DNA of 64,000 bases, taken from contig JBBIOB010000005.1 in NCBI GenBank assembly GCA_037443565.1, positions 25,019 to 89,018 on the forward strand, in the 5' to 3' direction. The notes under the pieces are model-generated. The model was not told the DNA's origin and did not search any database. It saw only the letters and a program-made list of their open reading frames with translations. Origin of the DNA: Armatimonadota bacterium (GTDB lineage Bacteria; Sysuimicrobiota; Sysuimicrobiia; Sysuimicrobiales; Humicultoraceae). Position numbers and translations under genes: made by a program. Shown here piece by piece: positions 38,129-48,084 of the stretch. How positions within the stretch are numbered: position 1 is the stretch's first letter; each line of letters begins with the position of its first letter.

Positions 38129-39121
38129 TCAGCGCAGCGCCTCAGCGAAACTGTCCCGATACGCAAAGAGCGCCGGTACCCCGCCCGTGTGGATGAACAC
38201 CACCGACTGGTCCTTCGCGAACAGGCCCTGCTGCACCAGGTCGATCAGGCCCGCCATCGCCTTGCCCGTGTAGACCGGGTCGAGCAGGATGCCCTCGGTG
38301 CGGGCGACCAGGCGCACCGCCTCCACCATCGCGGCATTCGGCACGCCGTACCCTTCTCGTGAGTACTCGTCGTGGACGACGATCTCGTCCGCGGAGAAGC
38401 TCAGCGGCGCCCCAAGCACCTGCACGGCCTCGCGGGCGACGCGCAGCACCATCTCAACCAGTTCATCCCTGGGCTCACCGTCGCTGATGCCGATCAATCG
38501 GGCGTTGCTATGCAGGAGCTTCGCCCCCGCGACCAGGCCGCCGTGCGTTCCGCCGCTGCCCGAGGCGAATACCACCGCGTCAACCGCGATGCCCATGGCA
38601 TTCGCCTGGGTCTCCATCTCGTGGAGCGCGTTGACGTAGCCCAGCGCGCCCACGCCGTTGGAGCCGCCCGTCGGAATGATGTAGGGAGTCCTCCCCCCGG
38701 CCCGAAGGTCGCGCGCGACCTGCTCCATCACCGGTTTGCGGTCCGCCCCTGCCTCGACGAGCACCACCTCCGCGCCCAAGATCTGATAGAGTAGCAGGTT
38801 GCCCGTGACCTCGGCGTTGGGGGCGCGGCTCAACACCAGGACGCACCGCATTCCGGCCTTGACCGCCGCCGCCGCGGCCTGGCGGCAGTGATTCGACTGC
38901 AGGCCGCCCTCGGTGATGAGCGCGTCCGAACCCTTCGCGCGCGCATCGCCGATCAGGAACTCCAGTTTGCGGGTCTTGTTGCCGCCCGTGGCCAGGCCCG
39001 TGCAGTCGTCGCGCTTGATGAACAGCCTGGGGCCGCCGAGGGTCTTCGTCAGCGCCGGCATGAACTCGAGCGGCGTGGGAAGATGGGCGAGCGAAACGCG
39101 GGGCAGGTGTGGCGGTAGCAT
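38129..39121 (-). CDS. D-cysteine desulfhydrase / ACC deaminase family PLP enzyme
   Basis: KRDD.TG...GGNK.RKLE, QSNH, SGGT.GG, LDPVYTGK and HTGG motifs. Confidence 0.92.
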   Translation of the reverse strand: MLPPHLPRVSLAHLPTPLEFMPALTKTLGGPRLFIKRDDCTGLATGGNKTRKLEFLIGDARAKGSDALITEGGLQSNHCRQAAAAAVKAGMRCVLVLSRAPNAEVTGNLLLYQILGAEVVLVEAGADRKPVMEQVARDLRAGGRTPYIIPTGGSNGVGALGYVNALHEMETQANAMGIAVDAVVFASGSGGTHGGLVAGAKLLHSNARLIGISDGEPRDELVEMVLRVAREAVQVLGAPLSFSADEIVVHDEYSREGYGVPNAAMVEAVRLVARTEGILLDPVYTGKAMAGLIDLVQQGLFAKDQSVVFIHTGGVPALFAYRDSFAEALR

Positions 39122-39259
39122 CGAAGGGCCCTTCGTGTAGATCTGGGGGATGTCCTCTCCAGGCACACGAGGCCTCCCGCGTGCGCCCCGTAGGGGAAGT
39201 GCGATCGAGGCTACCTCCTCCCGATCGTCGCCACGCAGCGACCCGATCTCCTCCGGGAC

Positions 39260-39541
39260 GCCCCGCCCGGCCTGGGTCTGCTCATCGCGGGGAGTTTGAT
39301 CTTCAGTGTGGGCTACATCCTGTTGGCCGTCGCCGCGGCCAGGACGGGCGTGCTGCCGCGGGCTGCGGGTGTGCTGCTCGCCGTGGGGGCGCCGATTCTG
39401 GCGTTCTCGCCGCCGATCGGCATCAGGGTCGTGGCGATCGTCGGCTACCTCCTCTTCGGGTCCGGCCTGATCTGGCTGGGAAGCTGGTTCGCATCGGCGT
39501 CTCCAAACCTTGCGCACGCCCCCGCGGTTACACGCATGTGA
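39260..39541 (+). pseudogene. fragment of a membrane protein gene (C-terminal helices only)
   Basis: Three hydrophobic helices (G.IL.AVA..R.GVLPR.A..LL..G) with no convincing start or SD. Confidence 0.4.
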
Positions 39542-39668
39542 ACAATCGGTGGTACGAACCCTGTGGATGAGGACCGCGTACAAGTGGGGACGGGGGTGGA
39601 CACATGGCTCTGCGATGCCCGCGGTTCTGGAGACGCCGGTGAGCGCGGGGATCTCCGGCGTCGCCTCG

Positions 39669-40262
39669 ATGGCGACCGACGACGACCGCGCCCGGTTCGA
39701 GGCGCTGGTCACCGCCCATCTCGACGAGCTCTACGGGACGGGGCTGCGCCTGACGCGCAACCGGGCGGCCGCCGAGGACCTCGTGCAGGAGACGTTCCTC
39801 AAAGCCTGGCGGTCGTTTCGTACATTTCAGACGGGCTCCAACGGGCGCGCATGGCTCTACCGGATCCTCATGAACGCCCACATCGACAGCCATCGCCGCG
39901 CGTCCAGAACCCCCGAGATTCTGGCGGACGATGAGGGAGGAAACTTCTCCCTCTACGCCAGGGCCCGCGAGGGTGCCACGGCGGCACGCGAGGGCAACCC
40001 CGAAGAGATCCTGCTGGCCAAGATCATGGATGCCGACGTCGCCTCAGCGTTGGAGCAGATTCCTGAGATGTTCAGGGCCGCGGTGATTCTGGCCGACCTG
40101 CAGGAGTTCTCCTATCGGGAGATCGCCGAGATCCTCGATATTCCGATCGGCACGGTGATGTCGCGTCTGTACCGGGGGCGGCGGCTTCTCCAGCGGCTGC
40201 TGTGGGACCGCGCGCGGCGCGGCGGTTACGGGAACGGCGCGATGGCCGGGGCGCAGGACTAG
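39669..40262 (+). CDS. ECF sigma factor, close paralog of 36612-37262, no adjacent anti-sigma
   Basis: Near-identical blocks such as LRLTRNRA.AEDLVQ.TFLKAWRSFRTFQ and PEEILL.KIMDADV. Confidence 0.9.
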   Translation: MATDDDRARFEALVTAHLDELYGTGLRLTRNRAAAEDLVQETFLKAWRSFRTFQTGSNGRAWLYRILMNAHIDSHRRASRTPEILADDEGGNFSLYARAREGATAAREGNPEEILLAKIMDADVASALEQIPEMFRAAVILADLQEFSYREIAEILDIPIGTVMSRLYRGRRLLQRLLWDRARRGGYGNGAMAGAQD

Positions 40263-40894
40263 CCGGCCGTCGATCGAGCCCGCGCGCGCCTGGCGCGGGG
40301 CAGCGTGCGCCGCCGGGCCTTTCCCGCGTGCGGAGGCGGGTACTCCAGCGTCCGCTCCGCGTACCGGGCGATCTCTTCACCGAAATGCTCGCGGACGATG
40401 TCCAGCGCCAGGTCGATCCCGGCGCTGATCCCCCCTGAGGTCGCGACGTTGCCGTCGCGTGTGAACCGCGCACTGTTCACCACCCGCACGTCCGGGTACT
40501 GCCGCAGCAGTTCCAACGCCGTCTGGTGGGTGGTGGCCCGGCGCCCGCGGAGCAGACCGGCGGCGGCCAGGATCAACGAGCCCGTGCACACCGAGGCGAC
40601 CGGCGCCCGATCGGCGTGGTCGCGGACGAACGCGAGCATCCCTTCGTCGAACCGCACGCGTTCCCGGGCACCCCTCCCGCCTGGGACCACGAGCAAGTCC
40701 AGCCGCGGGCAGGTCTCGAAACTACAGTCGGGGGTCACCTGGAGGCCGTAGCGCGCTCGAATGGGCCCGCCGTCGTGCGAGATTGTGACTACCTGGAGGC
40801 TGCCCGACAGGCGTGCGGCGACCCCGAAGACTTCGAGGGGGCCGACGAAGTCGAGCTCTTCAACGTCGTCGAAGATCAGGATCCCGACTCGCAT
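40259..40894 (-). CDS. DJ-1/PfpI family protein
   Basis: EELDFVGP.EVF, VPGG, SVCTG and TSGGISAGID motifs. Confidence 0.9.
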   Translation of the reverse strand: MRVGILIFDDVEELDFVGPLEVFGVAARLSGSLQVVTISHDGGPIRARYGLQVTPDCSFETCPRLDLLVVPGGRGARERVRFDEGMLAFVRDHADRAPVASVCTGSLILAAAGLLRGRRATTHQTALELLRQYPDVRVVNSARFTRDGNVATSGGISAGIDLALDIVREHFGEEIARYAERTLEYPPPHAGKARRRTLPRARRARARSTAG

Positions 40895-40984
40895 CTCAAC
40901 TCCCAGGAAGACTTACCCGTGCGAGGGGTGCAGTCCTCCCGATAGAGAGAGCGCAGGCGACTCGACCTGCCGGTGGGCCTCCGG

Positions 40985-41116
40985 ACCTGCGAGCGCGACC
41001 ACAAATGCGTCCACGACGCAGGGATCAAACTGCGGGCGTGAATCATCGCGGCGTATTGCGCCACGCGCAGCGAGTGGTCCCCCGTGTACGCGTCCCTGGC
41101 GTCGATCGCCGCGGCC
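40985..41116 (-). pseudogene. internally deleted HD-GYP domain remnant
   Basis: AIDARDAYTGDHSLRVAQYA (domain start) joined out of frame to QFDPCVVDAF (domain end). Confidence 0.7.
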
Positions 41117-41178
41117 GGAGGAATCCCCCAGACGAGCCCGAATCCCCTGGCTGGAGCCCACCCGAGTGGAGTTGCGTA

Positions 41179-42555
41179 ATGCGTGAGATCGAAGCGGTCG
41201 TCCTGGCCGCCGGGAAGGGCAAGCGGATGGTCTCCGCGCTGCCCAAAGTCCTCCACACGATCTGCGGCCGGCCGATGATCGCCTATGTCCTCCAGACGCT
41301 GGCACAGGTCGGCATCGCGTCGCCGGTGGTCGTCGTCGGGCACGGCGCCGCGCAGGTGCGGGCCGCCCTGGCTGACGGCGTCCGCTACGCGGTCCAGGAG
41401 GAGCAGCTGGGCACCGGACACGCCGTGATGCAGGCGATGCCCCTCCTGGAGGGCTATGCCGGCACCGTCGTCATCGTCTACGGCGATGTGCCGTTCCTGC
41501 GCGCCGAGACGATCGAGACCCTGCTGGCCCACCACCGCGAGCAGGGCGCCGCGGCCACGATCCTCACCGATCTGCGCGATGACCCCAGGGGCTACGGCCG
41601 CGTGCTCCGCGACGCCCGCGGCAACGTCCGCCGGATCGTCGAGGAACCCGACGCGTCGCCCGAAGAGCGCGAGGTGCGGGAGATCAACGCCGGCATGTAC
41701 GCGATCGAAGCCGGGGCGCTGCGCGATGCGCTGCGCGCGCTGCAGCCGGCCAACGTCCAGGGCGAGTACTACCTGACCGATGCGGTGCAGACGCTGCTCG
41801 ACCGCGGGCACACTGTGGCCGCGGTCGTCGTGTCGTCGAGTCAGGAGGCCAGCGGCATCAACAGCCGCCTGGAGCTCGCGGCGGCCGAGGCCGCGATGCG
41901 GACCCGGCTGCTCGACGCCCTGATGCAGTCCGGGGTCACCGTGGTCGATCCCGGCGCCACGTACGTCCACGCCGGGGTGCGGGTCGGCAGCGACACGATC
42001 CTGCATCCGGCGACGTTCCTCGAAGGCGATACGGTGATCGGGGAGGCCTGCGTGATCGGCCCTCACGCCCGCCTGATTGACACGCAGATCGGCGACCGCG
42101 TCACCATCGTCGCCTCGACCGTGGAGGGGAGCACGGTGGCCGACGGCGCCACCATCGGCCCGTACAGCCATCTGCGGCCCGGCGTCAGGCTTGGGCGAAT
42201 GGTGGAGGTCGGCAACTTCGCCGAGATCAAGAACACCACGATCGGCGACGGCACAAAGGTGCACCACATGAGTTACCTCGGCGACGCCACCATCGGCGCC
42301 GGCGTCAACATCGGCGCCGGGACCATCACCTGCAACTACGACGGCCGCGCCAAGCACCGGACGGTCATCGAGGACCGCGCGTTCATCGGGAGCGACACGA
42401 TGCTCATCGCGCCGGTGGTCATCGGCGAGGGCGCGATCACCGGTGCCGGCGCGGTTGTCAGGCGCAACGTGCCGCCCGGCGGGGTCGCGGTCGGCATGCC
42501 GGCCCGCGTGATCCGGCGCGTGCTGCAGCAAGGGCCTCAGGAGCCGACGCCGTAA
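41179..42555 (+). CDS. glmU: bifunctional UDP-GlcNAc pyrophosphorylase / GlcN-1-P acetyltransferase
   Basis: LAAGKGKRM.S.LPKVLH, QLGTGHA, EYYLTD, H.SYLGD and CNYDG motifs. Confidence 0.97.
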   Translation: MREIEAVVLAAGKGKRMVSALPKVLHTICGRPMIAYVLQTLAQVGIASPVVVVGHGAAQVRAALADGVRYAVQEEQLGTGHAVMQAMPLLEGYAGTVVIVYGDVPFLRAETIETLLAHHREQGAAATILTDLRDDPRGYGRVLRDARGNVRRIVEEPDASPEEREVREINAGMYAIEAGALRDALRALQPANVQGEYYLTDAVQTLLDRGHTVAAVVVSSSQEASGINSRLELAAAEAAMRTRLLDALMQSGVTVVDPGATYVHAGVRVGSDTILHPATFLEGDTVIGEACVIGPHARLIDTQIGDRVTIVASTVEGSTVADGATIGPYSHLRPGVRLGRMVEVGNFAEIKNTTIGDGTKVHHMSYLGDATIGAGVNIGAGTITCNYDGRAKHRTVIEDRAFIGSDTMLIAPVVIGEGAITGAGAVVRRNVPPGGVAVGMPARVIRRVLQQGPQEPTP

Positions 42556-42581
42556 GGCCGGCGCGCCTGCGGCGATCCAGG

Positions 42582-43526
42582 ATGAAGATCTTCAGCGGAT
42601 CGGCCAATCCCGGGCTCTCCGAAGAGATCGCCGAGCTGCTCGGCGTCCCCCTGGGCGAGATGGAGACGTACCGGTTCGCCGACGGCGAGGTGAGCGTGCG
42701 GATCGCCGAGAGCGTGCGGGGCGAGGACGTCTTCGTGATCCAGCCCACCAGCCCGCCGGTGAACGAGCACCTCATCGAGCTGCTGGTCATCCTCGACGCG
42801 CTGCGCCGCGCATCCGCCGGCCGCATCACCGCGGTGATTCCCTACCTGGGCTATGCCCGGCAGGATCGCAAGACGCGCCCGCGCGAGCCGATCACCTCGA
42901 AGCTCGTGGCCAACCTACTGACGTCGGCAGGCGCCAACCGCATCCTGACCGTCGACCTGCACGCCGGGCAGATCTGGGGGTTCTTCGACATCCCGCTCGA
43001 TCATCTCCCGTCGCGCGTGTTGCTCTCGGCGCACTTCCGCGACAAGGGCCTGAAGAATGTGGTGGTCGTCTCGCCCGACATCGGCGGCACAGCCAGGGCG
43101 CGGGAGTTTGCGGCCGAGATGGGCGTGCCGATCGCCATCATCGACAAGCGGCGCGACAAGCCCAACCAGGTGAAGGAGGTCACGCACGTCATCGGCAAAG
43201 TCTACCGCCGGACCGCCATCCTGGTCGACGACATCGTGGACACGGCCGGGACCCTGACCGCGGCGGCCACGGCGCTCACCGCGCGCGGGGTAGAGGCGGT
43301 CTACGCGTGCTGCGCGCACCCGATCCTGTCGGGGCCGGCCATCGAACGGCTCGCGCAGAGCCCGATCCGGGAGCTGGTGGCGACCAACACCGTGCCTGTC
43401 TCGCAGGCCAAGCGCATCGACAAGGTGCGCATCGTCTCCATCGCGCCGATGCTCGCCGAGGCGATCCGGCGCGTGCACGAGGACCGGTCGGTCAGCACGC
43501 TGTTCGCGGTTCCATCTGCGCCGTAG
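42582..43526 (+). CDS. prs: ribose-phosphate pyrophosphokinase
   Basis: FADGE, YARQDRK, DLHA.QI and DDIVDTAGT motifs. Confidence 0.97.
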   Translation: MKIFSGSANPGLSEEIAELLGVPLGEMETYRFADGEVSVRIAESVRGEDVFVIQPTSPPVNEHLIELLVILDALRRASAGRITAVIPYLGYARQDRKTRPREPITSKLVANLLTSAGANRILTVDLHAGQIWGFFDIPLDHLPSRVLLSAHFRDKGLKNVVVVSPDIGGTARAREFAAEMGVPIAIIDKRRDKPNQVKEVTHVIGKVYRRTAILVDDIVDTAGTLTAAATALTARGVEAVYACCAHPILSGPAIERLAQSPIRELVATNTVPVSQAKRIDKVRIVSIAPMLAEAIRRVHEDRSVSTLFAVPSAP

Positions 43527-43547
43527 AGGGGGTACCCGCCCAGACCG

Positions 43548-44633
43548 ATGATCATCTCGGCTCCACTCCTGGCCGGCCTGGTCGCCCTGCTGGTGACCAA
43601 TGCGCTGACCCCGCCGATTCGGCGGGTCGCCCGTCGCCTCGGCGCCATCGACTATCCGGGAGGCCGACGGGTCAACACGCGGCCGACACCCCGGTTGGGC
43701 GGGATGGCCATCTACCTGGGGTTCCTGGCCGCGGCGATCGCGGCCATGGTCGTGACCCGTCCCATCGACTTGGTCCGGACCGCCACCGAGACGTTCATCC
43801 GGATCCCGATCGCGGTGCGGACGGACCAGGCCATCCTCGGCATCATGCTCGGCGGCACGTTTCTGCTGCTCGTCGGCATCTACGACGATACCCGCGGGAT
43901 GCACCCCGGTCTCAAGTTCCTGGCCATGGTGGCCGCGGCCGCGGTCCTGATCCCCTTCGGCCTGGCGACCCAGTTCATCACGCATCCGCTGACCGGCGGG
44001 ATCATCCCGCTGGGACCGTGGGGGGCGGGCTTCACGATCCTCTGGGTTGTGGCGATCGTCAACGTCATCAACTTCATCGACGGTCTTGATGGACTGGCGG
44101 CCGGAATCGTCGCCATCGCCGGGGTCACCCTCCTGCTCACCGCGGCGGCCAAGGGCGATGTCGTGTCGGTGACGCTCGCCGCGGCGCTGGTGGGGAGCGC
44201 GCTCGGGTTCCTGCGCCACAACTTCAATCCTGCCCGCATCTTCATGGGCGACTCGGGTTCGATGTTCCTGGGCTATGTGTTGGGTGGGCTCTCGGTGATG
44301 GGGCTGTACAAGTCGTACACCGCGATCTCGCTCATCGTACCGATCCTGGCCCTGGGCGTGCCGATCGCCGACACCGCGTTTGCCATCGTGCGGCGCTGGC
44401 GCGGGGGCCGGCCCATCTACCTGCCCGACCGCGGCCACCTGCACCACCGGCTTCTCGACCGCGGGCTCACGCAGCGTCAGACCGTGGTGTTGCTCTATCT
44501 CATCAGCGCCCTGCTGGGGCTCGGCGCGCTCGCGCTCGCCGATGTGAACCGCCCGGCGGCGGTGGTCACGCTGGGCATCATCGCCGCGGCCCTGCTCGTC
44601 GGCGCACAGCGCATGGGGCTGCTCGCGCGGTGA
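43548..44633 (+). CDS. undecaprenyl-phosphate GlcNAc-1-phosphate transferase (WecA/TagO)
   Basis: P.LGG, DD, N.IDGLDGLA, FMGDSGS and HLHH motifs. Confidence 0.92.
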   Translation: MIISAPLLAGLVALLVTNALTPPIRRVARRLGAIDYPGGRRVNTRPTPRLGGMAIYLGFLAAAIAAMVVTRPIDLVRTATETFIRIPIAVRTDQAILGIMLGGTFLLLVGIYDDTRGMHPGLKFLAMVAAAAVLIPFGLATQFITHPLTGGIIPLGPWGAGFTILWVVAIVNVINFIDGLDGLAAGIVAIAGVTLLLTAAAKGDVVSVTLAAALVGSALGFLRHNFNPARIFMGDSGSMFLGYVLGGLSVMGLYKSYTAISLIVPILALGVPIADTAFAIVRRWRGGRPIYLPDRGHLHHRLLDRGLTQRQTVVLLYLISALLGLGALALADVNRPAAVVTLGIIAAALLVGAQRMGLLAR

Positions 44634-45817
44634 GGGGCCCCCGGCTCCCGATCATGGCCGTGTTCGGGACCCGTCCCGAGGCGGTGAAGATGGCCCCGGT
44701 CATCACGGGCCTGCGGCACAGCCAGGACTTCGAGCCGATCGTCGTCGTGACCGCCCAGCACCGCGAGATGCTCGATCAGGTGCTGCGCCTCTTTGACATC
44801 ACCCCCGACCGCGATCTCGACATCATGCTGCCCGCGCAGTCGCTGGCGGACATCACGACGCGGGGTCTGGGACGCCTCGATCCCGTGATGGCTGACCTGC
44901 GGCCGGCGATGGTGCTCGTCCAGGGCGACGCCTCATCCACACTGCTCGGGGCCCTGGCCGCGTTCTACCACAAGATCCCGATCGGCCACGTCGAGGCCGG
45001 GCTCCGCACACACGACAAGTACCGGCCGTTCCCCGAGGAGATGAACCGCCGGCTGACGTCGGCGCTGGCCGACCTGCATTTTCCACCGACTCCGCAGGCC
45101 AGGGCGAACCTGCTCGCCGAGGGGACGCCGCCGGAGCGGATCTTCGTCACCGGCAACACGGTGATCGACGCCCTGCACAGTGTCATCCGGCGGCCTGATG
45201 TGACACTGCCGCCCGACCTTCCTCCCCTGGATGGACGCCGCGTCCTGCTCGTGACCACGCATCGCCGGGAGAACTGGGGCGAGCCGCTCCGGCGGATCCA
45301 CCTGGCGCTGCTCGACGTGCTGGAGCGATTTCCCGATCTGGTCGTGGTGTTCTCGATGCACCGGAATCCGGCCGTCCGGCGGGTGGCCCTCGAGGTGCTG
45401 GGGGGGCATGCCCGCGTGTCCATCATCGATCCTCCAGACTATGGACCGTGGGTCCGCCTGATGGAGCGCGCCCACCTGATTCTCACGGACTCCGGGGGTA
45501 TCCAGGAAGAAGCGCCCGCGCTGGGCGTCCCGGTGCTCGTTGCGCGCGACGTCACGGAGCGCCCCGAAGGGGTGCAGGCTGGGACCGTCGAGCTCGTCGG
45601 CACGTCCCGCGAGACCATCGTGGCGCGCGCCTCGCGGCTGCTGGCTGACCCCGCGGCCCGTGCCGCGATGGCCTCGGTGCGCAATCCCTATGGCGATGGC
45701 CGGGCGGCGTCCCGCATTGTGGAGGCCCTCAGGCTGTGGTTCGGCCGCACGGACGCCCGTCCCGATGAATTCGGCCCAGGATCAGAACCCCTGGGATCGA
45801 ACATCCGTATGGTATAA
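44630..45817 (+). CDS. wecB: UDP-GlcNAc 2-epimerase (non-hydrolysing)
   Basis: FGTRPEA.KMAP, HVEAGLRT, PEE.NR, DSGGIQEE and NPYGDG motifs. Confidence 0.95.
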   Translation: MRGPRLPIMAVFGTRPEAVKMAPVITGLRHSQDFEPIVVVTAQHREMLDQVLRLFDITPDRDLDIMLPAQSLADITTRGLGRLDPVMADLRPAMVLVQGDASSTLLGALAAFYHKIPIGHVEAGLRTHDKYRPFPEEMNRRLTSALADLHFPPTPQARANLLAEGTPPERIFVTGNTVIDALHSVIRRPDVTLPPDLPPLDGRRVLLVTTHRRENWGEPLRRIHLALLDVLERFPDLVVVFSMHRNPAVRRVALEVLGGHARVSIIDPPDYGPWVRLMERAHLILTDSGGIQEEAPALGVPVLVARDVTERPEGVQAGTVELVGTSRETIVARASRLLADPAARAAMASVRNPYGDGRAASRIVEALRLWFGRTDARPDEFGPGSEPLGSNIRMV

Positions 45818-45843
45818 TTGGGTGACGTGCCATGCGCACAGGC

Positions 45844-46143
45844 ATGATGAGGGGCCTCGCGGCTGGTGGGATCATCGCGGCGGTGGCCGCCGTGGCGATC
45901 GGGGCCCCGGCACAGCTCGTGGACGTCAAGGCCACCCTGCGCGGCGAGGTCCTGCCCGAAGACCTCGTGCGGGCAGGTGACGACGTGTCCGAGGGCGCGC
46001 CGCTGGTCTACGTCAGGACGCAGACCGGCCGCGGCGTGGCGGCGCGCGCGCCGACCGATGGTCGCGTCGTCGAGGTCCTTGTCAGACCCGGTACGGTGAT
46101 TCGCGAGCTTGGCACCGTGGTCGCCCGCCTCGATCCGAAATAG
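45844..46143 (+). CDS. small secreted biotin/lipoyl-like (barrel-sandwich) domain protein
   Basis: Signal peptide; V..GD.V.EG..L and AP.DG.V..V.V..G patterns; no attachment lysine. Confidence 0.7.
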   Translation: MMRGLAAGGIIAAVAAVAIGAPAQLVDVKATLRGEVLPEDLVRAGDDVSEGAPLVYVRTQTGRGVAARAPTDGRVVEVLVRPGTVIRELGTVVARLDPK

Positions 46144-46249
46144 GCTCCCACTCGAGCCCGGTTCTCTCTATGCGTGCATGCGCGGCGGGGTGTGCCGCGC
46201 CGCGCGTGCGTTCGTCCCACCACCCGCCTCCGCGAAAGGGGGACGCCGT

Positions 46250-48031
46250 GTGAGACGCATGTGGATCGCGCTGACGCTGATCCTGGTGCTTGGTCTGCCG
46301 GTCGGCCATCAGGCCGCCGCGCAGCCGGCGACCATGCCGGTCGCCGAGATCAGGCCCGGGATGCGAGGGATCGGCAAGACGGTGATCGCAGGCCAGCGGA
46401 TCGACGAGTTCGGATTTGAAGTGATGGACGTGTTGCAGTCGGGCGGCGGGCCGATCGGCGCCGACCGGTTGATCATGTTCCGGATGTTCGGCCCGCTGGT
46501 CGACCAGACCGGCGGATCCGCGGCCGGCATGAGCGGCAGCCCGATGTACATCAACGGCCGGCTGATCGGCGCGCTGTCCGCGGCGTTCATCTGGCAGACT
46601 CCCCGGCGGGACATCGCGCTGGCCACACCCATTCACGAGATGCTGAAGGTCCTCGAGCGCCGATCTTCCGGCGCGCCGGCCCCCGTGTATCGCGCGACGC
46701 GGCCCCACGTCATCGGCGGCCGGGTCGTCGACCAGGTGGTGGTGGCGCCCGATCCGCTGCTGGTCCGGCCCATCGTGGCAGCGCTCCCTCCCGGCGTGGC
46801 GGTGGCCGCCCCCGCGACCATCGCGTTCTCCCGGGGGCTGAGTCCGCGCGCCAACCGCATCCTTGCTGATACACTGGCCCCAGCAGGATACGAGATCCTG
46901 CAGGGGCACGGCGGCCGCGCCGACTTTGCGGCGCAGCCGATTGAGCCCGGGAGTTCGATCGGCATCCAGCAGGTCCGGGGCGACGTGGACTTCGGCGGGA
47001 TCTGCACGGTGACCACGCGTGTCGCCAACCGGATCCTCGTGTGCGGCCATCCCTGGGAGAACACCGGGGATGTGGAGTACATTCTCACGGCGTCGGAAGT
47101 CGTGACCGTGGTGCGGACCATGCCGCGGCCGTTCAAGGTGGGCAACCTGGGCGAGATCATCGGTGTGATCGACCAGGACCGGGGCGCGGCGGTGGCCGCG
47201 ACCCTGGGGCGCCTGCCCCGCCTGTTCAACGTGCGCGTGGTCGTGACCGACCAGGACACCGGATCCCGCGTCGAGGTCGGCGCGCAGATGGTCCGGCGCC
47301 GCGACATGGCCCGGCTGTTCGCGCCGCTCGTGGCGTTGTCGGCGATCGAGCGGGCGCGAAACCAGGCCCGAGGCGAGGGCACGGCGATCACCAAGCTGAC
47401 GCTGCGGGCGCGGGGGCTGCCCTCGCCGATCGTGCGGGAGAACACATTCTACAGTACGCAGGATGTGGCCACGGCCGCGGTGCTCGACATCGTCGACGCG
47501 ATGGAGCTCGCCTTCTACAACGACCTGCGCGCACTTGTCCCCTATGACCTCACGGTCGAGACTGTGCTCACCGCGAAGCGGCAGACCGCCTCGATCGTGG
47601 ACGCCGAGGTGTTCTCGCGCGAGGTCGCGCCGGGAAGCGTGCTGCGCGTGCGCGTCACGCTGCGGCCCTACCTCTCGGAGACCCCGGTCACCCGGATCGT
47701 CGAAGTGCCTGTGCCCCGGGACTTCCCCCGCGGTCCGGCGTTTGTCGCGGTGCGGTCGGCGGGCGTGGACGCGCCCGGCATTCCCGTCGAAGCGCAGCTC
47801 GGCCGCGCGCTGAGCGGAGAGCCGGTGCCGTGGGGCGTCAACAGCCTCGAGACGGCCCTGCGGCTGTTCGAGAACTTCGGCAAGAACACCGACCTGTTCG
47901 TGCGGATCCAGCCGTTCGGCCTGCCGACCACGGCCACGGACTTCACCCAGTTCGATGTGCCGGCCGGTCGGACGCTGCCGACCGACTGGGTGATCCAGGG
48001 CGCCGAGCGGATTCCGATCGTTGTGCGGTGA
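46250..48031 (+). CDS. SpoIVB-like S55 peptidase 1
   Basis: Signal peptide; IRPGM.G...TV, AAGMSGSP...GRLIGA and GHP motifs. Confidence 0.88.
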   Translation: MRRMWIALTLILVLGLPVGHQAAAQPATMPVAEIRPGMRGIGKTVIAGQRIDEFGFEVMDVLQSGGGPIGADRLIMFRMFGPLVDQTGGSAAGMSGSPMYINGRLIGALSAAFIWQTPRRDIALATPIHEMLKVLERRSSGAPAPVYRATRPHVIGGRVVDQVVVAPDPLLVRPIVAALPPGVAVAAPATIAFSRGLSPRANRILADTLAPAGYEILQGHGGRADFAAQPIEPGSSIGIQQVRGDVDFGGICTVTTRVANRILVCGHPWENTGDVEYILTASEVVTVVRTMPRPFKVGNLGEIIGVIDQDRGAAVAATLGRLPRLFNVRVVVTDQDTGSRVEVGAQMVRRRDMARLFAPLVALSAIERARNQARGEGTAITKLTLRARGLPSPIVRENTFYSTQDVATAAVLDIVDAMELAFYNDLRALVPYDLTVETVLTAKRQTASIVDAEVFSREVAPGSVLRVRVTLRPYLSETPVTRIVEVPVPRDFPRGPAFVAVRSAGVDAPGIPVEAQLGRALSGEPVPWGVNSLETALRLFENFGKNTDLFVRIQPFGLPTTATDFTQFDVPAGRTLPTDWVIQGAERIPIVVR

Positions 48032-48084
48032 CGCGCGCCGCGGGTGCGGGTTGATTGAGAGGACCCTCGGGGAGTGAAGCGCGT

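Noticed and set aside
41120-41165. attR duplicate of the tRNA-Gln 3' end
   Set aside because: Only vague similarity (CGAATCCCCTGG...AGCCCA); too weak to call
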